IMG/VR virus record: IMGVR_UViG_3300031993_000061 | Location: 4,586 to 68,585 of that record | Length of the DNA: 64,000 nt | Strand: one strand, 5' to 3' | DNA from: a virus | Lineage: Duplodnaviria > Caudoviricetes | Made by a program: the position numbers and the translations under genes | In this document: in pieces, positions 1 through 10,151 of the stretch | Numbering within the stretch: position 1 is the stretch's first letter | How the letters are laid out: the number at the start of each line of letters is the position of its first letter | Notes under the pieces: generated by a model | What the model saw: only the letters and a program-made list of their open reading frames with translations | Told to the model about the DNA's origin: nothing | The model's database searches: none

Positions 1-417
1 GTGCCGAGAAACAAAGAGATTACGCTGATGTTTGAAACGCCTCTCGGCGCAGTTCAGCAGGCCAAGTTTATCGGCAAGGCCGCCTATGTGGCGCAACATT
101 TGATTTGGCATATGGACGGACTGTTCATTGATGAGGTCGGTCTTGAAATAGACGACGATTGGGATAACATGACAGACGACGAAAAGGCAGAAATTGTCAA
201 ACAATACTGCGAATCCGTCGATAGACAGTCTGCCGAATTAAACGAAGAAATCAAGCAGTCCGAAGAAGCACAAAAACTCAAAGACGCGATTGACTTTGAA
301 AAGGCGCTTTCCAAGGGCGAGGTCAATATACGCGAAGAAAAATTTACCGTGGAGAACGAGGAACAAAATGAGAATACTGAAGTTCAAGAGGAACAGTCCG
401 AGCCAAACGTTCAGTGA
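1..417 (+). CDS. Hypothetical acidic phage protein, possibly 5'-truncated by the window
   Basis: ORF of 138 aa with a Glu-rich C-terminus; no recognisable motif. Confidence 0.6.
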   Translation: MPRNKEITLMFETPLGAVQQAKFIGKAAYVAQHLIWHMDGLFIDEVGLEIDDDWDNMTDDEKAEIVKQYCESVDRQSAELNEEIKQSEEAQKLKDAIDFEKALSKGEVNIREEKFTVENEEQNENTEVQEEQSEPNVQ

Positions 418-1396
418 GCCGTAGTTAAAAGCAGGCGAATTGTGGCTTGACTTAAAGAATAAAGATATTGTCGTTGGCTCTGTCGACGATACACCTGCCT
501 CAAATTTCCATATCCGCTCAAAGCCGAAAATCGGAACGGATATTGTGAATTCGAGCGGTAGTGTTGTTTCTGAATTTATCACAAAGATTGATATTACTGG
601 TGGCGGTAATAATGCCACCGTATTCCAAATTTACAAGAACGGTTCTTCTTCTCCGTCTGAAACAAAAACCGTCTCGATTCAGGGGTCTGTTCAGAACGCC
701 ACAAACGCCACATACGCACAAAAGATTGGCTCTTCAAGCACAAATACCGGTAGCGCATATAAACCTGTATATGTGTCGAATGGTGTTGTGACCGCCATGA
801 ATCCAACATCAAATATCGGTACTTCGACTACTCCGATTTATTTTGACAAGACAAATGGATTTGCGGCTTGTAATGGTATCGAGATGAATACTGGTACAAT
901 TCGTGCAAAGACAATTGTGGCAGGAGATTGGTCTTCTTTGGCTGGAAAGTTGTTGACCATCGGTACTGGAAATGCACTTAAGGCGCATCCTGCCGTCGGT
1001 TTATCAACACAGCCGATTTATATTAAGGATGACGGCACTGCCGATACGTGTAAAAACATATATTTGACAGGGACAACTACGTCATTGGACGGTTTTTCCG
1101 CTGGTACAAAGTCTGTTGGAGATACATTGGACAATATAAGTGGAGATAGTTTTGCTTCTGGTGGCGTCTATCTTGTAAGATGTGTTAGAAGTGGCTCTGT
1201 GTATATGAGTTTTATTATTTCAATCGACAAAAGTTCTGGTGTTACCAACTATTCAGCAATGTCCAGTAATTGTTCATTGAGGTATGTTGGTGGATAGTCT
1301 AAACCGTGGAGATGTTATCAATGTGCGTCTACGTGGGGCAGTTGGTCTGATATTACAGAATCTGTTACTATGATTCACTATAAGCGTATTGGATAA
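368..1396 (+). CDS. Tail fibre / receptor-binding-like protein, 342 aa when TAG is read as Gln (TAG at 422 and 1295)
   Basis: GAGG RBS then ATG368. Read-through gives MRILKFKRNSPSQTFSEPQLKAGELWLDLKNKDIVVG (Mtd_N-like tail-fibre N-terminus), a G/S/T-rich body and a C-terminal WGSWSD motif before TAA. Confidence 0.75.
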
Positions 1397-1402
1397 TCTT
1401 CT

Positions 1403-1876
1403 ATGAACACCATCTATCTACAAGGAAAAATTGTTGACATTGAATTTTCCCACGAATCCAATGATAAACAATATGACAAAGCGTTAATTGAAATTGACGA
1501 CAATGTACATATTCCTATCAAATTCAGGGGGGATATGTTAGAAGTCCATAAAATTGCCGAAAACGATATTGTTGCCACGCAAGGGACACTGCGCACCTAT
1601 TCCAAGTCAATCTATGTGCATACAAACCTTGCGCCAGTCGAAATCGGAGAGGGACAAAATTGTCTTTGTACTTTGCAAGGAAAAGTCGTCAAGTGTGACA
1701 ATCGGTATCACTCCTACATTATTCAATGCTATAAAGATACCTATATTCCCATCAAATCCGATAAAGAATATGAGGTAGACAGCATTATCAATGTGGTCGG
1801 CTATCTGATTGAAAGACAATATACCAAGCGTGGGAAGTCCGATAAATTCATAACTTACGAAGTTGTTGAATTATAA
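1403..1876 (+). CDS. SSB-like tandem OB-fold protein
   Basis: MNTIYLQGKIVDIEFSHES start resembles Firmicute double-OB SSB-like proteins; a second LQGKVVK repeat follows. Confidence 0.55.
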   Translation: MNTIYLQGKIVDIEFSHESNDKQYDKALIEIDDNVHIPIKFRGDMLEVHKIAENDIVATQGTLRTYSKSIYVHTNLAPVEIGEGQNCLCTLQGKVVKCDNRYHSYIIQCYKDTYIPIKSDKEYEVDSIINVVGYLIERQYTKRGKSDKFITYEVVEL

Positions 1877-1966
1877 TTTGAAAATTCCAAATTGGAAATT
1901 CTAACTTAAAATTGCATTATAACATAAATTAAGTTACAATATCATAAAGAGGTTACAAATAACACA

Positions 1967-2962
1967 ATGAGTAGAAAACTTGATATTTTAGTTCCGATGT
2001 ATAATGAAACAGAAGATGTTGTCAAATGTCTTTTCGATAGTATCGCCGTACAGCAAGGCATCAATCTGAAAGATGATGTAGGTGTTATTGTTTGTTGCGA
2101 CGGAGGCAAGGCTCGTCTGTCTGACGAATTTATCGCCAAATATCCGTTCACTGTTGAATTCTATCTGTGCGAACACGGAGGCGTTTCGGCTACAAGGAAT
2201 GCTTGTCTCGACCACTCCACGGCAGACTATGTTATGTGGTGTGATTGTGACGATATGTTTTACTCCGTTTGCGGCATTTATCTTGTGTTCAGAGAAATCG
2301 ACGACCTTGGCGGTTTTGACAGTCTGACTTCGCTCTTTATTGAGGAAAGTCGTGACCCAAATACCAAGAAAACGATATATCTCAACAGAGAAACAGACTC
2401 CACCTTTGTCCACGGTAAAGTACATAAGAGACAATATCTGTTGGATAAGCATATTCGGTGGAATCCAAACCTTACCATTCATGAGGATAGTTACTTCAAT
2501 ATCCTTTGTCAAAACCTTTCTGATAAGGTAAAGTATTCTCCAACGCCGTTTTATCTATGGAAATGGAGAGATGACAGCGTTTGCCGTCACGACCCCAAGT
2601 ATATTCTCAAAACATATACCAATCTCGTGGATAGCAACACAGCCCTTGTGGAAGAGTTCTTACAGCGTGGTATGAAAGACAAGGCGCAGTTCTATGTGGC
2701 GTTTATGATTTTCGACGCCTATTATACCATGAACAAGCCAGAGTGGATTAACCAAGAGAATAAGGAATACAGAGACAAGACCGAGCTTCGTTTCGCTGAA
2801 TACTATAAGAAGCATAAGAAACTGTGGTCTGACGTCCCAGATATTACCAAAATGCAGATTTCCAACGGTGTCAGAACGAGGTCTGTAAATGAGGGAATGG
2901 TAATGGAAAGCATTACCATTGATAAGTGGTTAAAGAGCATTCAGAAGTTGCTGAAGAAGTAA
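1967..2962 (+). CDS. Glycosyltransferase family 2
   Basis: LDILVPMYN, CCDGG, GVSATRNACL, WCDCDD (DxD) and IHEDSYF motifs. Confidence 0.85.
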   Translation: MSRKLDILVPMYNETEDVVKCLFDSIAVQQGINLKDDVGVIVCCDGGKARLSDEFIAKYPFTVEFYLCEHGGVSATRNACLDHSTADYVMWCDCDDMFYSVCGIYLVFREIDDLGGFDSLTSLFIEESRDPNTKKTIYLNRETDSTFVHGKVHKRQYLLDKHIRWNPNLTIHEDSYFNILCQNLSDKVKYSPTPFYLWKWRDDSVCRHDPKYILKTYTNLVDSNTALVEEFLQRGMKDKAQFYVAFMIFDAYYTMNKPEWINQENKEYRDKTELRFAEYYKKHKKLWSDVPDITKMQISNGVRTRSVNEGMVMESITIDKWLKSIQKLLKK

Positions 2963-2963
2963 T

Positions 2964-3347
2964 ATGCAATTTGAATATCTACACCAAATTACGGCACAAG
3001 AAACGATAGACATCGACGATATAGGCAATACGGCAGTGCAGGTTTTCTCCGCTTATGGAGAAACCTGCGTGCTGATTATTAAGACAATCGACGGTATATC
3101 GCAAATTATCGAGTTCGGTCCAATCAACGTTGATATCGAGGAATTGCCGGACAAGGTTGCCTATTCATACGAACGGTGTCAATTTAACCAACGGAAATTG
3201 GTTGGCCGTATAGATAAATTTATTCAGAATCCAAGCGTTGTTCAAGTGGAAGAAATCGACTTCCAACAAGCAAAATCCATTATCAAAAATTTGGTAGACT
3301 TTGTTATTATAGATGATAACGACATAGATTACGATAGGTTGGTATAA
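2964..3347 (+). CDS. Hypothetical protein
   Basis: 127 aa ORF translationally coupled to the GT2 gene. Confidence 0.65.
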   Translation: MQFEYLHQITAQETIDIDDIGNTAVQVFSAYGETCVLIIKTIDGISQIIEFGPINVDIEELPDKVAYSYERCQFNQRKLVGRIDKFIQNPSVVQVEEIDFQQAKSIIKNLVDFVIIDDNDIDYDRLV

Positions 3348-3357
3348 TATACAGACC

Positions 3358-3391
3358 GTGGGTTGACAAAAGAAATCATTTGTGCTATAAT
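3358..3391 (+). promoter_or_regulatory. Early-type sigmaA promoter (GGG-TTGACA-17-TGn-TATAAT)
   Basis: TTGACA 3363-68, TATAAT 3386-91, extended -10. Confidence 0.85.
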
Positions 3392-3423
3392 GTTACCGTA
3401 TCAAATGATAGGTGGTATTGGAT

Positions 3424-3885
3424 ATGCTGATTAAGGTTGCTATTGTTTACGAAGGTGACTACGAGATTGTAGAAACCACGGAAGAACAAGTCGCGGAAAG
3501 CATTGACGTCAATATGATGTCACTTCGTTGTATCAGTAAAGAGCGGCATCTTTATGTTGCATACGGCGATGAGCATTTCTACGAAAATGACTCGCAAGAC
3601 TATCAGTATATCATCAAGGCAAATTGTTCCGACGCTGTATGTGTGGAACAGATGAAAATAGAATCTCTGACAGAAGAAGATATTGCTTTCGTTGACAGAA
3701 GGCATGGTGCTATCTTTTCCGTATATTCCTATTGGGCGATTTCCGCCATTTCGTTCTTTGTCTCCTATTTGTCTCAAAACAAAAAATATCAAGACGATAA
3801 GAACAAAGAATTGGAAGAGGTATATGACGGTTATGGCGATATCAAAACGTATTATGAAAATTTGATGGGTGAAGCGCGTAGGTAA
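3424..3885 (+). CDS. Hypothetical protein
   Basis: ORF directly downstream of the promoter. Confidence 0.6.
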   Translation: MLIKVAIVYEGDYEIVETTEEQVAESIDVNMMSLRCISKERHLYVAYGDEHFYENDSQDYQYIIKANCSDAVCVEQMKIESLTEEDIAFVDRRHGAIFSVYSYWAISAISFFVSYLSQNKKYQDDKNKELEEVYDGYGDIKTYYENLMGEARR

Positions 3886-3886
3886 A

Positions 3887-5029
3887 ATGATTATTCGTAT
3901 TGATAAACTATTTGAAGAATTTGCCAGTCAGCGACTTTTAGACACCGATTATCCAAAGCACGTTCTTCAACACTCCGATGATATTGTAGGCGATTTTGTC
4001 AACCAAGAATACGATATTGGTGCGTCAAGCAGGCCAAAATATCCAATGTTTCCTTATATGACAAAACAAGACTACGAAAAGGCCGCAGACGACTTACGGT
4101 TATCGAATGCGGACGGTTTCATTGGCTATAATTTGCGTGTCAATAAAAAAGACGGCAGTAGCAATTACGAGCCGAGAGCGGTCAAGTATCGCAAAATGGA
4201 TTTGCCGGCAACAAAGCACGACAGAGAATTTTATGAAATGGTGATTTACTCTGTGCGTGATGACAAGGTGATTGCCTATTATCTCTGTACAAAATGGCGT
4301 ATAAAAAAAGAAAGAAAAACGGCCGTTTTTGACTTTGATGGGAAACCTATCGGTGACGACTCGCTTCGTCAGCAGTTATTTGCAGATAAACAGTCAATGG
4401 AAATGGTGTCCAATTATTTGCAAAAACTGTATCATGAGAAGCCGGACGACAACATTGACGAATCCTATTCACAACAGAAAACGCTGACAAATCGCTTCGG
4501 TTCTGTTATCGGATTCATTAAGATTGACCCAACAAACGGAAATCAGATGTTGCTGAACCGTTTTGGTTCTGTCCGTGGCTATTATCAAGCGCGAACAGAC
4601 ATTACCACAAATCGTCTCGGTAGTTTTGTTGGGAATGGGAATCTTTTGATGACGCTATTGTCGGAAGATAATTTGAAAGAGAGCGTTTATAATGGACCAA
4701 TCTTGAGGAATATTATTGTTACGGATGAATTTCGCAAGTGTGCAAAACGGTGCGGATATAATCAGCGGGATATTGATAAGATAGGTTCGTTAATTCAGAA
4801 CAGACCGCAATCGTGGATACCGCTTGGAAGCGGTGTATATAAAATATATTTTTCACCACACGACAAAAATAGCGGCGCTAATGTTAGCGATAGGGTAATT
4901 TTTATTGAGGTAAAACAAGAAAACATTTATTTGATTACTGCGTTTGAGAAAAGCCAAGAAAAGAATATTACCAATAGTGCATTGGAGCAAATTAGAAAGC
5001 AAGCAAAACTGTTGGGCGGTGATGTATAA
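3887..5029 (+). CDS. Multidomain protein with a C-terminal RelE/HigB-like domain
   Basis: Segments separated by IDES and LKES. The last ~115 aa read IIVTDEFRKCAK..LGSGVYKI..DRVIFIEV..IYLITAFEKSQEKNIT, resembling HigB-2-type RelE toxins. Confidence 0.6.
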   Translation: MIIRIDKLFEEFASQRLLDTDYPKHVLQHSDDIVGDFVNQEYDIGASSRPKYPMFPYMTKQDYEKAADDLRLSNADGFIGYNLRVNKKDGSSNYEPRAVKYRKMDLPATKHDREFYEMVIYSVRDDKVIAYYLCTKWRIKKERKTAVFDFDGKPIGDDSLRQQLFADKQSMEMVSNYLQKLYHEKPDDNIDESYSQQKTLTNRFGSVIGFIKIDPTNGNQMLLNRFGSVRGYYQARTDITTNRLGSFVGNGNLLMTLLSEDNLKESVYNGPILRNIIVTDEFRKCAKRCGYNQRDIDKIGSLIQNRPQSWIPLGSGVYKIYFSPHDKNSGANVSDRVIFIEVKQENIYLITAFEKSQEKNITNSALEQIRKQAKLLGGDV

Positions 5030-6204
5030 TGATGAGAAAAAGAAATATCAATAGCGATAATCCATTTTTTGGAATTATGAATGGATTATTGGAAGTTGGG
5101 TATCTGGAGGGTGTTGGCGTAGAATCGCAAGAACTCTACGACGATATTATGTCAGGATACGACGATGATGGAAATCAAATTAAGGAATCTTATTCGCGTT
5201 CTGACTACGTCACATCTCTCAAAGACATTACCTCTCAAATTGTTGACATACTTGACTATTTAGACGAATACGATATGCCGTTCCCGCCCCGTAAGTTTTC
5301 TGTAGACAGTTGGGCTGATTGGAAAGACGAAGTTGAGATGGGCGAGTCTGATGGCGAAATTATCGAGGACGCTTCTGCTCTGCTTGACTTCCTTGAATCA
5401 AAAACGCGCAAGATAAGTGATGACGATGTCGAGGCAGAAGATATGACAGAAATGTTCCGTAAACTGCAAGACAGATATAATCGGTTTGCTAAAATCTGGG
5501 ATGAGAAATACGGCAAGAAAGAAAATCTGCAAGAGAACAGCAATCGGTATCGTAATCTTAACAAAGCACTCTTCGGCGACAAGAGCGGTAAAATCAAAAC
5601 ATGGGCGATTATCTCTCCGCAGAATCCACTCGGTTGGAAAGATAGTACAGAACAAGAATTCGTTGACAAATATGTCGAGTGGACAAAGGATAAAAGCCGA
5701 TATAATGCGGAAGCCAAGAAGCGGTTAAAGGCAACGCAACTTCTCCATAAAATCGAGCAGAACGGCGACACATCTCTGCGATATAGTGGCGCTAAGTATG
5801 TACCACTCTATGGTACATACGGCGAGGCCGAACGCTCCTATATGATATTCAATATCCCCCTCGTGGACGCCAAGTCTATCGCACGCAATTACGGACAAGA
5901 GAGTTTCTTCTTCGCTAATGTCGGAAGCGATAACACTAAGATTGGATATTATGTCACACACGATGCGTGCAAGACATATGATTTGGTCGAGGTGTCAGAG
6001 GTCGTAACAGACGAGGATGGCGCTGAAGACTTCTTCTCCAAGTTCGGCCGCAAATTTAGAATCAATATGAGAGAATTCGGCGATGATATTCCTGAGGTTG
6101 TCAATCAGGGCGAGTTTGATGAGAGTTTCGACGAAAGTCGCACCTTTATGAGTCGCGCCATGCACCGCAGAGAAGCATATCGAACACAAACGCCAAAAGA
6201 ATAA
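5029..6204 (+). CDS. Multidomain phage protein, C-terminal domain DUF3293-like (tentative)
   Basis: IISPQNPLG..GTYGEAERSYMIFNI..YGQESFFF motif; IKES and LQEN junctions. Confidence 0.5.
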   Translation: MMRKRNINSDNPFFGIMNGLLEVGYLEGVGVESQELYDDIMSGYDDDGNQIKESYSRSDYVTSLKDITSQIVDILDYLDEYDMPFPPRKFSVDSWADWKDEVEMGESDGEIIEDASALLDFLESKTRKISDDDVEAEDMTEMFRKLQDRYNRFAKIWDEKYGKKENLQENSNRYRNLNKALFGDKSGKIKTWAIISPQNPLGWKDSTEQEFVDKYVEWTKDKSRYNAEAKKRLKATQLLHKIEQNGDTSLRYSGAKYVPLYGTYGEAERSYMIFNIPLVDAKSIARNYGQESFFFANVGSDNTKIGYYVTHDACKTYDLVEVSEVVTDEDGAEDFFSKFGRKFRINMREFGDDIPEVVNQGEFDESFDESRTFMSRAMHRREAYRTQTPKE

Positions 6205-6317
6205 CAGAGGGTTAATCACACATAACAATATAATGCAAAAAATAAAATAAACGACATAGGATTTTATGTCGTTTATTTTTATCGCTAAATATACAAAATT
6301 TGACAGAGGAAACAAAA

Positions 6318-6542
6318 ATGGAAACAGAAAAACGCACTATTTTGTACACTATTGGGTGTCCAAACTGCAAAGTTCTCGAAAGGAGATTGGAAGCCAAAAA
6401 GATTCCCTACGATACCGTAACGGACTTAGAAATTATGAAACAAAAAGGTATTAAGTCCGCTCCCTTTTTGGAAGTGGATGGCGAGTTGATGAATTTCGGA
6501 AAAGCGTTACAGTGGGTGAGTCAGTATGGAAACAACAACTAA
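6318..6542 (+). CDS. nrdH: Glutaredoxin / NrdH-like redoxin
   Basis: LYTIGCPNCKVL (CxxC) and SAPFLEVDG; overlaps the start of nrdD. Confidence 0.8.
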   Translation: METEKRTILYTIGCPNCKVLERRLEAKKIPYDTVTDLEIMKQKGIKSAPFLEVDGELMNFGKALQWVSQYGNNN

Positions 6543-9462
6543 ATTAGATAGAAATTTCACAATTAAATATAATCAACTGGTACGCGATTATGGTCAGGAA
6601 CTGGCCAATCTGAACGGGTTGTCAGAAGAACAATTAAGTTTAACTTCGTTTATTGATAAGTTCTCTGCCGCAGATACGGTGGCCGACGCTTCGATTGACG
6701 GTAGCGCCAATGTAAAACGGCGCGATATCGTTTCTATGATGCATGAGATGCCGAAGCCGGAACGTAAACTGATTGCGTTCCATAAAATATATATCGAACT
6801 CAATAAGAAATATGGCAAACAAATCTCCGATGAATGGTTGGATAAAGAGTGGACCGGGTGGCTGTATCTTCATGACTCCGACACATCATCGTTCATTCCG
6901 TATTGTTTTGCATATGATATTAGGCGCATGGCCGAGGAAGGCCTCTTTTGGTTAGACCATCAGAATACACAGCCACCTAAACATCTCGAAACATTTGTTG
7001 ACTTTGTCAAAGAGTTTATTAGTTTTACGTCCAACAGGCAGTCTGGCGCTGTCGGCCTACCAAATCTGATTCCATATTTGTACTACTTCTGGAAAAAAGA
7101 TGTTGATAACGGACATTATTATGGAACGCCTGAAAAATTTGCAAAACAGCATATTCAGCGATTTATCTATGCCGTAAATCAACCATACGTGAGAGACGGA
7201 CTTCAAAGCGCATTTACCAACACAAGCATTTTTGACCACGAATATCTTTACGCTCTTTTCGGTGGTTCGCAATTCCCAGACGGTTCTGATATGGTCGACG
7301 ACATTGATGGCATTATGCAGTTCCAAAAATGGTTTTTGGAAGAAATGTCTGACATCAAATCGGAAAATATGTTCACGTTCCCAGTCAATTCGATTTCGAT
7401 TCTTAAAGACGAGAATGGTGAGCCGGTTGATAGAGACTTTGCAGAGTACGCGATTCGACACAATATGAAGTGGTCTGATAGCAATATTTTCGTCGATGAT
7501 AGCGTTACTTCTTTGTCTAATTGTCCAATGAGTGGCGATACTAAAATCACATATTGGAGTAGGTACTATCAAGAATTTAGAACCTCGCCGATTAAAGAGG
7601 TGTACTATAGGTGTCTAAAATACGGAATTGACACTATCAAGGTAATCAGCAATGGTAAATTGATTGATTGCAGAATTAACCAATTTAATGAGTGCCCAAA
7701 CTATCTCATTACTCTTGTAAATGGCGCAAAGTTGCAAACAACGGAACACCATCTCAACAAAGTATTGCGTGGTGGTTATGTCGAAACAAAAGATATTACA
7801 ACCGATGATTATTTACCCATATCATTAACGCCGTTTGAAATGACCAATTCATTGTGTTATGAGGATGGTAAAATTGTTGGGATGTTTTTGGGAGACGGTA
7901 GTTATAAATCTAATTCCGTTGTTACATTTTCGCTTAATAGAATCACAGATGCCGACGATATAGAATTTTTGAAAGAATATTGCATACCGCATTTTGGGGC
8001 CAAAGTTACGGAAGACATACTCACAAGCGGAATTTCTGGATGTGACCTATGCGTTAACGTTGATGTCAATTCGTATTATATGATGGGACTAATAAAGCAG
8101 TTTGTGGTTGGCGATTCCGCTCTTACTAAGTCCATAAGCCCAAAGGTTCTTGGTTGTTCGATGTCTTTCAGACGTGGTATTTTGGATGGTCTTTACACAA
8201 CAGATGGCGGTAATTCAAATAGAATTTACACATCATCTGCGTCGATGAGAGATTCGTTAACACTAATGTTATCGTCGATGGGAATCCCATATAATATTAG
8301 AGAGGACAATAGAGACGGTCGTCTTGGTACAAATCCTAACTATACTATAAGATGGTATACACCGAATGGAAGAACCCAACGCAAAGATGTATATCAAATA
8401 AAGGACGGATATTTCTGGTTTAAGGTTTCATCCGTGGAAAGAGACGACAATTGCAAGATGAGGTGCAGTTATTGTCTTGAAGTAGTAGAAGACAATATTG
8501 AGCCAATATTCATGTTGTCAAACGGTGTATATACGCACAATTGTCGGCTAAAGTCCAATATCCAAGACCTCGGCTATTTCTCGTCCATTGGCGGTACGGC
8601 ATTAAAGGTTGGTAGTGTCAAGGTATCGACCGTCAATTTGGAGCGCGTGGCTCTCGAATCTGATACCGAACAGGAATATCTCGATACCTTATTTGATATT
8701 GTAACACTTGACCTTAAGGTACTCGATGTTGTTCGTCATATTATTCAGCGAAATGCCGAAAAGGGTTTACTGAACAATTTCCAAGACGGATTGCTTGACT
8801 TTCAGCACCTATACAATACTGTTGGATTTATTGGTGTATATGAGACAATGCGTCTGTTTGGGTATACGCGCAGAGACGAGTTTGGTAATACATTCTATAC
8901 CGAAGATGCCGAACGCTTCGGAAAGGACATTTTTGATACAATACAGCGTGCTATTAACGAGTTCTCCAAAGACAAAGATTATGCCATCAATAAAGAACAA
9001 ATACCGGGAGAGTCCGCCGCGAGCAAACTGATGAAGAAGGATAAGATTTTCTTTGGCGACGCAGTACCCAACGATTTGCCTATGCTCGGAAATCAGTTTA
9101 TCCCTCTTGGTATCAAAACGACTCTGACAGAGAGAGTTCGTATTGCATCTCTGTTCGATGGATTCTGTAATGGTGGCTCAATTTTACACGCGAATATCGA
9201 TTCTCCGTTTTCCACATTTGAAAGCGCATGGAAAATGTTCACTTATATTGCAAAGCAGGGTGTGACCTATTTTGCATTCAATCCCAAGATTTCGTCTTGC
9301 GAGCAGAATCACGCATTCTATGGCGATGTATGCCCGAAGTGCGGAGGAAAGGTTGCAAGGGTGTGGAGCAGAATAGTCGGATTTTTCGTGCCTACCGACA
9401 CTTTTTCGAAAGAACGAAAAGAAGAATTTACCCTTAGACTTTGGGACGACATGAATCAATAA
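6526..9462 (+). CDS. nrdD: Anaerobic (class III) ribonucleotide reductase with an intein
   Basis: SNRQSGAVG, TFPVNS, SLSN/CRL, C-terminal CxxC Zn site and SRIVGFF glycyl-radical motif; nrdG nearby. Confidence 0.92.
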   Translation: METTTKLDRNFTIKYNQLVRDYGQELANLNGLSEEQLSLTSFIDKFSAADTVADASIDGSANVKRRDIVSMMHEMPKPERKLIAFHKIYIELNKKYGKQISDEWLDKEWTGWLYLHDSDTSSFIPYCFAYDIRRMAEEGLFWLDHQNTQPPKHLETFVDFVKEFISFTSNRQSGAVGLPNLIPYLYYFWKKDVDNGHYYGTPEKFAKQHIQRFIYAVNQPYVRDGLQSAFTNTSIFDHEYLYALFGGSQFPDGSDMVDDIDGIMQFQKWFLEEMSDIKSENMFTFPVNSISILKDENGEPVDRDFAEYAIRHNMKWSDSNIFVDDSVTSLSNCPMSGDTKITYWSRYYQEFRTSPIKEVYYRCLKYGIDTIKVISNGKLIDCRINQFNECPNYLITLVNGAKLQTTEHHLNKVLRGGYVETKDITTDDYLPISLTPFEMTNSLCYEDGKIVGMFLGDGSYKSNSVVTFSLNRITDADDIEFLKEYCIPHFGAKVTEDILTSGISGCDLCVNVDVNSYYMMGLIKQFVVGDSALTKSISPKVLGCSMSFRRGILDGLYTTDGGNSNRIYTSSASMRDSLTLMLSSMGIPYNIREDNRDGRLGTNPNYTIRWYTPNGRTQRKDVYQIKDGYFWFKVSSVERDDNCKMRCSYCLEVVEDNIEPIFMLSNGVYTHNCRLKSNIQDLGYFSSIGGTALKVGSVKVSTVNLERVALESDTEQEYLDTLFDIVTLDLKVLDVVRHIIQRNAEKGLLNNFQDGLLDFQHLYNTVGFIGVYETMRLFGYTRRDEFGNTFYTEDAERFGKDIFDTIQRAINEFSKDKDYAINKEQIPGESAASKLMKKDKIFFGDAVPNDLPMLGNQFIPLGIKTTLTERVRIASLFDGFCNGGSILHANIDSPFSTFESAWKMFTYIAKQGVTYFAFNPKISSCEQNHAFYGDVCPKCGGKVARVWSRIVGFFVPTDTFSKERKEEFTLRLWDDMNQ
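7522..8541 (+). mobile_element. Intein (340 aa) with a LAGLIDADG homing endonuclease, in nrdD
   Basis: Starts CPMSGDT, ends LSNGVYTHN followed by Cys+1; LAGLIDADG-like blocks VGMFLGDGS and ILDGLYTTDGG. Confidence 0.92.
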
Positions 9463-9466
9463 AAAC

Positions 9467-9500
9467 AAAAGAGTGGGCGTTATTCGCGCCCATTCTTTTT
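9467..9500 (+). terminator. Intrinsic terminator after nrdD
   Basis: AAGAGTGGGCG/CGCCCATTCTT hairpin plus T-tract. Confidence 0.8.
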
Positions 9501-9522
9501 ATGTATAATTTAATAGTATCGA

Positions 9523-9555
9523 TGGGTTGACAAAGACACCCCTTTGTGGTATAAT
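9523..9555 (+). promoter_or_regulatory. Early-type sigmaA promoter
   Basis: TTGACA 9527-32, 17 bp spacer, TGG-TATAAT 9550-55. Confidence 0.85.
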
Positions 9556-9578
9556 GATAATGACAAAAGGGGGTTTTT

Positions 9579-10151
9579 ATGATGAAAATTCTGTATATCC
9601 ACGGTTATAATGGCCACGAAGATGGCATGACGGCGCAGATGATTCGTAACGCTCGTCCGAATGATACGGTGTGTGCGCCCGCTATCGACTATACGCACCC
9701 GCTTGACGCTTGCCGTCAGATTGTCGATGCGGTGAATATCTATCGGCCTGACGCCATTGTTGCTTCGTCTCTCGGCGCATTTTGTGTTCTCCATGAAGAC
9801 TTCGGCGTTTGCAGTGTTCTTATCAATACGGCGCTTCCGAAAGATATGATGAAGATTGTCAGCGATAAATCTATGCTTGCCGAACTTGACGAAATGCTCT
9901 ACGACATTCTGAGCAATTATGACAGGCCGAGAAACGAATTTGTCTACTTCGTTTTTGGCGATAACGATGTGGTTGCCAACAATCGCGAGTATCTGAAATC
10001 TTTATTTTCGTCCGACGGATATGACCATACCTATGTTAAAGAAATGGGACACGCGCTGTCGAAAGAGTGCGTAACGCATGAGTTAAATCACATTCTCAAC
10101 GAGATTGCCTTCTCGGCTCACGTGTTTGGCAACGAAAGGGACTTTCTATGA
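9579..10151 (+). CDS. YqiA/UPF0227-like alpha/beta hydrolase (esterase)
   Basis: ILYIHGYNG, IVASSLGAF nucleophile elbow, FGDNDVV and MGH triad motifs. Confidence 0.8.
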   Translation: MMKILYIHGYNGHEDGMTAQMIRNARPNDTVCAPAIDYTHPLDACRQIVDAVNIYRPDAIVASSLGAFCVLHEDFGVCSVLINTALPKDMMKIVSDKSMLAELDEMLYDILSNYDRPRNEFVYFVFGDNDVVANNREYLKSLFSSDGYDHTYVKEMGHALSKECVTHELNHILNEIAFSAHVFGNERDFL

